This document shows, piece after piece, positions 16,856 to 23,796 of a stretch of 32,000 bases of DNA; the stretch's first letter is position 1, and the number at the start of each line of letters is the position of its first letter. The notes below the pieces were generated by a model, which was not told where the DNA came from, did no database searches, and saw only the letters and a program-made list of their open reading frames with translations. A program made the translations under genes and the position numbers. Source of the stretch: Cupriavidus necator (lineage in GTDB: Bacteria > Pseudomonadota > Gammaproteobacteria > Burkholderiales > Burkholderiaceae); contig NZ_CP066019.1 of the NCBI RefSeq assembly GCF_016127575.1, positions 150,001-182,000 of the forward strand, in the 5' to 3' direction.

Positions 16856-17812
16856 ATGAAATCCACCCTCGACGCCCTGACCGGCCGGTTGCGCATGAAG
16901 CAGCTGCAACTGCTGATCGCGCTGGACGAGCATTCCTCCCTGCACCAGGCCGCCGCGGCGATGGCGATGACCCAGTCGGCGGCCAGCAAGTCGCTGCAGG
17001 AGCTGGAAGGCATGCTGGAAGCGCCGCTGTTCGAGCGCTCCAGGCGCGGCATGCGTCCCAATGCCTTCGGCCATTGCGTAATCCGGCACGCACGCCAGCT
17101 GGTGGCCGACCTGGGCGCCATGTGCGAGGAGGTAGCGGGCATCCGCGCGGGCAGCGGCGGGCGCGTGGCCATCGGCGTGATCATGGGGGCGGTGCCGGAG
17201 GTGCTGGTGCCGGTGCTGGCGCGGCTGCGCCAGGCGCAGCCGGAGCTGGCGCTGGAGATCATCGAGGACACCAGCCTGCGCCTGCTGGGGCTGCTCGACG
17301 ACGGCCACCTCGACCTGGTGATCGGCCGCTCGCTGGTCAGCGATGAACCGGCCCGCTACCACTACCACCCGCTGGGCGATGAGCAGGTCGCGGTCGTGGT
17401 GGGCCATGCGCATCCGGCACCGCGCGCGCGCGCGATGGGGTTTGCCGACCTCGCAGGTTATCGCTGGATCACCTATGCAGGCCATATGCCGATGCACGCG
17501 CTGCTGCAGCGCGAGCTGGACCTGGCCGGCATGAGCTTTCCCGCCAATGCGATCTCGACCTCGTCGGCCTTCGTCACGGTGGCCATGCTGCAGGGCGACC
17601 CCGGGCTGGTGTCGCTGCTGCCGACCGGCGTGGCGGCGATGTTCGTGCGCCAGAAGATGCTGCGCATCCTGCCCGTGCGGCTGCAGTCGCGGCAGCAGAC
17701 TTTTGGCATCGTGACGCGGCGCGGCGGCGCCTTGTCCGCGGCGGCGCGACAGCTGGTCGCGATCCTGAAGGCATTGCCGCGCACTGCGCAGCAGGCGGCT
17801 GCCGAGGTATAA
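16856..17812 (+). CDS. LysR-family transcriptional regulator
   Basis: I prefer the ATG at 16856; the track start at 16835 is a TTG. MKSTLDALTGRLRMKQLQLLIALDEHSSLHQAAAAMAMTQSAASKSLQELE. It is divergent from the DapA-family/ALDH operon and in tandem with the Bug/PdxA-like/enolase operon. Confidence 0.85.
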   Translation: MKSTLDALTGRLRMKQLQLLIALDEHSSLHQAAAAMAMTQSAASKSLQELEGMLEAPLFERSRRGMRPNAFGHCVIRHARQLVADLGAMCEEVAGIRAGSGGRVAIGVIMGAVPEVLVPVLARLRQAQPELALEIIEDTSLRLLGLLDDGHLDLVIGRSLVSDEPARYHYHPLGDEQVAVVVGHAHPAPRARAMGFADLAGYRWITYAGHMPMHALLQRELDLAGMSFPANAISTSSAFVTVAMLQGDPGLVSLLPTGVAAMFVRQKMLRILPVRLQSRQQTFGIVTRRGGALSAAARQLVAILKALPRTAQQAAAEV

Positions 17813-17838
17813 CGCCAGGTGATCGCCAGTTCAAAAAA

Positions 17839-17863
17839 CATCAGTAGTGGCGAATCACTGATG
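17839..17863 (+). promoter_or_regulatory. candidate LysR-type operator (T-N11-A dyad): CATCAGT-N11-ACTGATG
   Basis: Perfect 7-bp inverted repeat with an exactly 11-nt spacer. It lies 27 nt after the LysR stop and 59 nt before the Bug gene ATG at 17922. Confidence 0.45.
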
Positions 17864-17921
17864 CTCCTATAGTCTGCCCATCCGCGCCGCAGAGCCGGAC
17901 AGCAAAACGACGGAGACAGCA

Positions 17922-18890
17922 ATGAAGACATGGATCGCCGGCGCACTCGCCGGCCTGGCCACGGTGGCGGCAGTAACGGGCAATGCCTGGGCGCAGGACA
18001 CACGGCCGGTGCGGCTGATGGTGGGTGCAGCGCCCGGCGGCGGCACCGACGTGATGGCGCGCATCGTCTCCGACAAGCTCGCCGCGCAGCTGAAGCAGCC
18101 AGTCGTGGTCGACAACCGCCCCGGCGCGTCCAACACCATTGCCGCGGATTTGACCGCCAAGGCGGCGCCGGACGGCAATACGCTGCTGATGGGCGTGGTG
18201 ACCTCGCAAGCGATCGCGCCGCACCTGCTCAAGCTGCAGTTCGATCCGCTCAAGGACCTGGCGCCGGTGGCGCTGGTGTCGTCGGTGCCCAATGTGCTGG
18301 TGGTCAACAACCAGGTGCAGGCGCGCGACGTCAAGGCGCTGGTGGCGCAGATCCAGGCCAACCCGGACAAGTTCCGCTACAGCTCGTCCGGGGTCGGCAG
18401 CACCCAGCACCTGGCCGGCGCGTCCTTCGCGCGGCAGATCAAGGGCAAGCTGCTGCACGTGCCGTACAAGAGCAGCAGCAGCGCGCTGGTGGACCTGATG
18501 GGCGGGCAGGTGGACATGAGCTTCGAGACCATGCCGTCGGTCATCAGCCATATCAAGGCCGGCAAGCTGCGCGCGCTGGCGGTCACCGCGGACCAGCGCT
18601 CGGCGCTGCTGCCCAACGTGCCCACGCTGGCTGAAGCGGGCGTGCCCGGCATCCAGATGAGTGCATGGTACGGTGTCTATGCGCCGGCCGGCACGGCGCC
18701 CACGACACTGCAGAAGCTGGGCAACGCGCTGGCCACGGTGATCAGGGACCCTGACACCGTGCGCCGGCTGGCCGATGTGGGCGCGGTGCCCGGCGCGCTG
18801 ACCGCGGCGCAGTTCGATGCCTTCTCGCGTGCCGAGTATGTGCGCTATGGCAAGCTGATCGCTGAACTGGGCGTCAAGCTCGACCAATAA
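17922..18890 (+). CDS. Bug/TctC-family tripartite tricarboxylate transporter substrate-binding protein
   Basis: ATG with GGAGA upstream. Sec-type signal MKTWIAGALAGLATVAAVTGNAWA, then RPVRLMVGAAPGGGTDVMARI...DNRPGAS. Confidence 0.88.
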   Translation: MKTWIAGALAGLATVAAVTGNAWAQDTRPVRLMVGAAPGGGTDVMARIVSDKLAAQLKQPVVVDNRPGASNTIAADLTAKAAPDGNTLLMGVVTSQAIAPHLLKLQFDPLKDLAPVALVSSVPNVLVVNNQVQARDVKALVAQIQANPDKFRYSSSGVGSTQHLAGASFARQIKGKLLHVPYKSSSSALVDLMGGQVDMSFETMPSVISHIKAGKLRALAVTADQRSALLPNVPTLAEAGVPGIQMSAWYGVYAPAGTAPTTLQKLGNALATVIRDPDTVRRLADVGAVPGALTAAQFDAFSRAEYVRYGKLIAELGVKLDQ

Positions 18891-18906
18891 CAACCCCGGA
18901 AGTCCA

Positions 18907-19923
18907 ATGAATTCCCGTCCAAGAATCGCCATGGTGCTGGGCGACCCCGCCGGCATCGGCCCCGAACTGATCGCCAGGCTGCTGGCCGACCCCGCGACCG
19001 CCGTGCAGGCCGAGATCCTGTTGATCGCCGACCGCGACGAATGGCGCCACGGCATGCGGATCGCAGGCGTCGAGCTGGCGCTGGCCGAGACCGATGCGCC
19101 CGCCTTTGCCGACGATGGCAAGCCGCGCCTGTACCACTGGCAGCTGCCGGAGCGCCCGGCGTATGCGCGCGGCCAAGCCAGTGCCGAGGGCGGGCGCTAC
19201 AGCCTGGGCACGCTGGCGCTGGCACTGCAGCTGGCGCAAGCGGGCCAGGCCGACGCGATCCTGTTCGGGCCGCTCAACAAGAGCTCGCTGCACGCCGCCG
19301 GCATGGCGCACAGCGATGAGCTGCACTGGTTTGCCGAGCAGCTTGGCTGCCACGGCAACTTCTGCGAGTTCAATGTCCTGGACGGGCTGTGGACCTCGCG
19401 CGTGACCTCGCACGTGGCGCTCAAGGACGTGCCGGCGATGATCACGCAGGAACGCGTGGGCGGCGCCATCGACCTGATTGACCAGGCCCTGCGCCGCGCC
19501 GGCATGGCGCGCCCGCGCATCGCGGTGTGCGGCCTGAACCCGCACAACGGCGACAACGGCGCCTTCGGCCGCGAGGAGATCGACGTGATCGCCCCGGCCG
19601 TGGCCGCGGCGCGTGAGCGCGGCGTGGCGGCAGACGGTCCGTTCCCGGCCGACACCATCTTCCTGAAGGTGCAGGGCGGGCCGTCGCAGCGGCAGTTCGA
19701 TGCTATCGTCACCATGTACCACGACCAGGGCCAGATCGGCATCAAGCTGATGGGCTTCTCGCGCGGCGTGACGGTGCAGGGCGGGCTGCCGGTGCCGATC
19801 ACCACGCCCGCGCATGGCACCGCGTTCGACATCACGCAGCAGGGCCGCGCCGATCCGGGCGCCACGCTGCAGGCATTCCAGATCGCCTGCCGCATGGGCG
19901 CGCAACGGCGCGCCACAGCCTAG
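18907..19923 (+). CDS. PdxA-family (4-hydroxythreonine-4-phosphate dehydrogenase-like) NAD-dependent dehydrogenase
   Basis: 338 aa. RIAMVLGDPAGIGPELI at the N-terminus, GLNPHNGDNG, MYHDQG, and TTPAHGTAFDI (metal-binding His region) are PdxA-family signatures. It starts 16 nt after the Bug gene stop. Confidence 0.85.
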   Translation: MNSRPRIAMVLGDPAGIGPELIARLLADPATAVQAEILLIADRDEWRHGMRIAGVELALAETDAPAFADDGKPRLYHWQLPERPAYARGQASAEGGRYSLGTLALALQLAQAGQADAILFGPLNKSSLHAAGMAHSDELHWFAEQLGCHGNFCEFNVLDGLWTSRVTSHVALKDVPAMITQERVGGAIDLIDQALRRAGMARPRIAVCGLNPHNGDNGAFGREEIDVIAPAVAAARERGVAADGPFPADTIFLKVQGGPSQRQFDAIVTMYHDQGQIGIKLMGFSRGVTVQGGLPVPITTPAHGTAFDITQQGRADPGATLQAFQIACRMGAQRRATA

Positions 19924-20013
19924 CCACCACCTTCACCACACCAAATCCAGCAAGACCGCCCCCGGCGCGGCCGGGGAGCGTTCGCGCCAACGCATCGCCA
20001 TCAGGAGCTGAAC

Positions 20014-21189
20014 ATGAAGATCACCAACGTCCGCGCCCGTGTCTTTGAATGGAAGGGCAAGACCGTGCCGCCGCAGGCGCATTTCTGCACCAACGCCACC
20101 GACATCCTGTTCGAGCGCGGCGACGCCATGGGCTCGTTCCGCTTCCACGGCTGGCTGGTGGTTGAAGTGGAAACCGATTCCGGCCTGGTCGGCATCGGCA
20201 ACTGCGCGCTGGCGCCGCGCGTGGCCAAGGAGATCGTCGACCAGTACCTGGCGCCGGCGGTGATCGGCCAGGACCCGTTCGACAACGAATACCTGTGGCA
20301 GAAGATGTACCGCCGCACCCATGCCTGGGGCCGCAAGGGCATCGGCATGGCGGCGATCTCGGCGGTCGATATCGCGCTGTGGGACCTGATGGGCAAGGCG
20401 GTTGGGAAGCCCGTGTTCAAGCTGCTGGGCGGGCGCACCAAGGAAAAAATCTGGTGCTACGCCTCCAAGCTCTACAACAATGACGACCGCGACGCGTTCC
20501 TGGCAGAAGCGCAGCGCTACCTCGACCAGGGCTTCACCGCGATGAAGATGCGCTTCGGCTACGGCCCCAAGGACGGCCCCGCCGGCATGCAGAAGAACAT
20601 CGAACAGGTGCGCCTGCTGCGCGAGCTGGTCGGCGACGGCGTCGACATCATGCTGGAGTGCTACATGGGCTGGACCCTGGAGTACGCGCGCCGCATGCTG
20701 CCGCGCCTGGCCGAGTTCAACCCGCGCTGGCTGGAAGAGCCGGTGATCGCCGACGATATCGAGGGCTATGCCGAGCTGAAGAAGGCGAGCCCGTTCCCGA
20801 TCTCCGGCGGTGAACATGAATTCACCTCCTACGGCTTCAAGGACCTGCTCGAGCGCCGTGCGGTGGACGTGATCCAGTACGACACCAACCGCGTCGGCGG
20901 CATCACCGCGGCGCAGAAGATCAACGCCATGGCCGAGGCCTGGTCGGTGCCGGTGATCCCGCACGCGGGGCAGATGCATAACTACCACCTGACCATGGCC
21001 TCGACGGCTTCGCCGATGTCGGAGTACTTCCCCGTGCACGACGTCGAGGTGGGCAATGAGTTGTTCTACTACATCTTCAAGGGCGATCCGGCGCCGGACA
21101 ACGGCTACCTGCAGCTCGACGACAACCTGCCGGGGCTGGGCCTGGAGCTGAACGAGGAGTACTTCAGCCAGTTCGACATCATCGGCTGA
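20014..21189 (+). CDS. enolase-superfamily (mandelate racemase/muconate lactonizing) acid-sugar dehydratase, L-rhamnonate-dehydratase-like
   Basis: 391 aa. ATG with AGGAG upstream. [17 protein letters not shown] capping region, [27 protein letters not shown], metal-ligand regions IMLECYMGW / WLEEPV / ISGGEHE, and the catalytic dyad region [10 protein letters not shown] / VIPHAG. The layout resembles E. coli RhmD as I recall it. Substrate unknown. Confidence 0.86.
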   Translation: MKITNVRARVFEWKGKTVPPQAHFCTNATDILFERGDAMGSFRFHGWLVVEVETDSGLVGIGNCALAPRVAKEIVDQYLAPAVIGQDPFDNEYLWQKMYRRTHAWGRKGIGMAAISAVDIALWDLMGKAVGKPVFKLLGGRTKEKIWCYASKLYNNDDRDAFLAEAQRYLDQGFTAMKMRFGYGPKDGPAGMQKNIEQVRLLRELVGDGVDIMLECYMGWTLEYARRMLPRLAEFNPRWLEEPVIADDIEGYAELKKASPFPISGGEHEFTSYGFKDLLERRAVDVIQYDTNRVGGITAAQKINAMAEAWSVPVIPHAGQMHNYHLTMASTASPMSEYFPVHDVEVGNELFYYIFKGDPAPDNGYLQLDDNLPGLGLELNEEYFSQFDIIG

Positions 21190-21257
21190 CGGGCCAGTTG
21201 CCGGGTTCTGCCCGGCCGGGCAGCGCGCCATGTTTCACGACAATGCGCGCTGCCGCT

Positions 21258-21494
21258 TCAAGGCCGCCTCTTCTTCCACTCATAGTCCGGTGGCGGGTCG
21301 GCCGCGCCGGCCCGGCCCACGGCGTTGGGATTCTCCGAGCACAGCGTGACAAAGCTCACCGGCTCGCCCGCGTGCTGGCGCTGGCGCAGCGCCTCGGTAA
21401 AGTGCAGGGCCTCACGCATCGCATCGCTTGGGAATGACTGCGCGTGGGGGCTGAGCCCGGTGCCGTCGGCTTCGGACCAGTAGACCATATACAT
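21258..21494 (-). CDS. hypothetical small protein (78 aa)
   Basis: ATG at 21494 preceded by GAGGAAG. Strongly G/C-biased third positions in this frame. No motif recognised (MYMVYWSEADGTGLSPHAQSF...). Confidence 0.5.
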   Translation of the reverse strand: MYMVYWSEADGTGLSPHAQSFPSDAMREALHFTEALRQRQHAGEPVSFVTLCSENPNAVGRAGAADPPPDYEWKKRRP

Positions 21495-21524
21495 AAGGCT
21501 TCCTCTTCGTTGCGGCAGGCAATT

Positions 21525-21540
21525 TTGCAGGATCCTGCAA
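21525..21540. promoter_or_regulatory. perfect 16-bp palindrome TTGCAGGATCCTGCAA (candidate operator)
   Basis: Exact self-complementary 16-mer, 31 nt upstream of the small ORF start, in the 220-bp divergent spacer toward the GNAT gene. Further TTGCA/TTGCAA motifs are at 21565, 21602 and 21624. Confidence 0.35.
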
Positions 21541-21714
21541 CCTTCGTTCCCGGCGCCGGGAGTGTTGCATGATGGCGCGGGAGGCAGGCAAGGCACGCCG
21601 GTTGCAATCCCTGCATCCACGCTTTGCAAGCCTTGGCATGCGGCGGCACAATGATCGCTTCCCGACACCTTGCCGGCGCTGCGCCGACGCCGACCGCCTG
21701 CCGCGCCGCCTATC

Positions 21715-22260
21715 ATGCCCGATCTTGCGCTGATCCCCGCCACGGCTGCCGATGCCGACCGGCTCGCCGCCATGCACGCCGCCAGCTGGCAGCACACCTA
21801 TCCCGGCATGCTGCCGGCTGCTTACTTGCGGGACCAGGCCTACCCGGAACGGCTGGCCGCCTGGCGCGCCCGCATGCACAACGGCGCAGACGGCCCCGTG
21901 GAAGTCACGCTGGCCATGGTCGACGGCGAAGCCGCTGGCTTTGCCTGCCTGCTGCCCGAGGCGGAGCCCCGCTTCGGCATCTATCTCGACAACCTCCACG
22001 TGCTGCCGGCTTTCCACGGCCAGGGCCTGGGCAAGCGCTTGCTGGCCCACTGCGCGCAGCGCGTGGCCGCGCACTGGCCCGGGCGGCCGCTGTTCCTCTA
22101 TGTGCTGGAAGCCAATACGCAGGCGCGCGAGTTCTACCAGCGGCTGGGCGGCGAGGAATCCGAGGCGTTCGAGGATGATTTCCACGGTCCGGACCTGCGG
22201 GTCATGGTCCGCCGCGTGACCTGGCCGGACGTGGCGGCGCTGGTCAGGCGCCTGGGCTGA
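21715..22260 (+). CDS. GNAT-family N-acetyltransferase
   Basis: The start is trimmed to the ATG at 21715 (MPDLALIPATAADADRL...). Acetyl-CoA binding motif A LHVLPAFHGQGLGKRLL, then ANTQAREFYQRLGG. Confidence 0.8.
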   Translation: MPDLALIPATAADADRLAAMHAASWQHTYPGMLPAAYLRDQAYPERLAAWRARMHNGADGPVEVTLAMVDGEAAGFACLLPEAEPRFGIYLDNLHVLPAFHGQGLGKRLLAHCAQRVAAHWPGRPLFLYVLEANTQAREFYQRLGGEESEAFEDDFHGPDLRVMVRRVTWPDVAALVRRLG

Positions 22261-22319
22261 CCAGGACGGCGCGTCCGGGTCAGCCGACGGCAAAACACTC
22301 CCACAGGAATCCATTCCCC

Positions 22320-23465
22320 ATGCTGCAAGCCCTTGCTCTCGTTGTGCCAAGCAAACCATGCCGGGCATTGGCCGGTGCTGCCATCGCCATGGCAGTGCTG
22401 GCCGGTTGCGCCAGCGCACCCGACACGCCTTCCGCCGCCACGGCGGTGGAGGCGGCGGCCACGCCGGCCCAGGCGAAGCCGCACTGGCAGCGCGTGCACC
22501 TGGGCACGGGCGCGGGCTATGACTTCCCGGTCTACACCAACCATCCACTAGACCAAGACCTGTCGCGCATCCGCGAGGTGGTGTTCGTGCAGCACGGCCT
22601 GCAGCGCAACGGCGATGATTACTACGCCGCCGGTGCTGCATTGCTCAAGGCCAGCGGCCGCAATCCGGACGAGGTGCTGCTGGTCGCGCCCAACTTCCCC
22701 GGCACGCCAGACCACGGCAAGGGCTTCGACGGCATGCCGCAATGGTCGGTGCAGGGCTGGATGAGTGGCGAGAACGCGGTCAACGCGCCGTTCACGGTCA
22801 GTTCACTGCAAGTCCTCGATGACATGATGGCCTTCGTCACCGACAAGGCGCGCTTGCCGCGGGTGGCCAGGGTGACCGTGGCCGGGCATTCGGGCGGCGC
22901 ACAGATCGTGCATCGCTATGCCGTGCTGAACAATGTCGACGAGCGCATCCGCGCGCGCGGCATCGACCTGCGCTATGTGGTGGCCAACCCCTCGTCCTAC
23001 CTGTACTTCACGGCGGTGCGCCCGGCCGGCGCGGACGGCCGCTCGTTTGCGCCTTACGACAAGGCAGTGTGCCCGGATTACGACAAGTACCGCTATGGCA
23101 TGCAGGACATCGTGCCCTACGCCAAGGGTGCCAATGGCCAGTCGCTGTACCAGCGCTACGCCGGGCGTCAGGTGACCTACCTGGCCGGCACGGAAGACAA
23201 CGACCCCAACCACCGCGTACTGGACAAGGCGTGCGGCGCTGAGGCCGAAGGTCCCACCCGCCTGCAGCGCGCCCGCGGCTACCTGCGCTATGAGCGCTAC
23301 CTGGCCAGCCCCGGGCTGGTGATCCGCCACCAGGCCTATGAAGTGGTGGGCGTGGGGCACGACCAGGCACGCATGTTCGGATCGCAATGCGGTGCCAGGG
23401 CGGTGTTCGACATGGCGGAAACGGCCAACCCCGACGGCGCCGCCTGCCGCGCGCCGCAGCTCTGA
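22320..23465 (+). CDS. predicted lipoprotein, alpha/beta-hydrolase-like, function unknown
   Basis: Signal peptide with lipobox (AMAVLAGC|AS). Nucleophile-elbow-like VAGHSGGAQ. No family name recognised. Confidence 0.68.
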   Translation: MLQALALVVPSKPCRALAGAAIAMAVLAGCASAPDTPSAATAVEAAATPAQAKPHWQRVHLGTGAGYDFPVYTNHPLDQDLSRIREVVFVQHGLQRNGDDYYAAGAALLKASGRNPDEVLLVAPNFPGTPDHGKGFDGMPQWSVQGWMSGENAVNAPFTVSSLQVLDDMMAFVTDKARLPRVARVTVAGHSGGAQIVHRYAVLNNVDERIRARGIDLRYVVANPSSYLYFTAVRPAGADGRSFAPYDKAVCPDYDKYRYGMQDIVPYAKGANGQSLYQRYAGRQVTYLAGTEDNDPNHRVLDKACGAEAEGPTRLQRARGYLRYERYLASPGLVIRHQAYEVVGVGHDQARMFGSQCGARAVFDMAETANPDGAACRAPQL

Positions 23466-23476
23466 TTCCGCCGGCC

Positions 23477-23504
23477 AAGAAAAAACCCGCGAATCTCGCG
23501 GGTT
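23477..23504 (-). terminator. rho-independent terminator (minus-strand orientation)
   Basis: aacccgcga-atc-tcgcgggtt stem-loop. On the minus strand it is followed by a tttttt run. It lies 65 nt downstream of the small minus-strand ORF stop and just after the lipoprotein gene stop. Confidence 0.6.
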
Positions 23505-23568
23505 CAAGTCCCTGCCCGCAGGAACGGGCTCGGAGGAGACAACCACAGGGAAACGGTTACGTGCCCGG

Positions 23569-23796
23569 TCAGCCCAGGCTGAATTTGACAACCTGTTCTT
23601 CGACGCCGACAAAGCGCACCAGCTGGCGTAGCCCGCTGGCGTATTCCTTGATATGGTGCCCGTCCGGCGTATCGGGCAGGCGGTAGTAAATGGGCGCCTT
23701 GTCGCGCATGGGCGGCAGGATGCCGATCGGGAGTTCGACGGCGTCGGCTTCCCAGGCCACGTCGCGCTCTTCGGCAAGCAGGATTCTTCCGGTCAT
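23569..23796 (-). CDS. hypothetical small protein (75 aa)
   Basis: ATG at 23796 with GGAG upstream. Good G/C third-position bias (GTG GCC TGG GAA GCC GAC GCC GTC...). A terminator follows. No motif recognised. Confidence 0.5.
   Translation of the reverse strand: MTGRILLAEERDVAWEADAVELPIGILPPMRDKAPIYYRLPDTPDGHHIKEYASGLRQLVRFVGVEEQVVKFSLG

Noticed and set aside
15300-21231. Long antisense ORFs (15300-16859 +, 15979-17271 -, 17841-19121 -, 18874-19905 -, 19933-21231 -).
   Set aside because: Each is antisense or out of frame to a gene with clear family signatures. Compositions are Arg/Ala/Gly/His-rich and no ribosome-binding sites are present.
21630-21650. TGGCATGCGGCGGCA as a sigma-54 promoter for the GNAT gene.
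   Set aside because: The GG/GC spacing is one nt off consensus, and the -12 region reads GGCA rather than TTGCA.
21412-23777. ORFs 21412-22641 (-) and 22803-23777 (-), antisense to the GNAT and lipoprotein genes.
   Set aside because: Same high-GC artefact pattern. The plus-strand frames have the GNAT motif A, and a lipobox plus nucleophile elbow.
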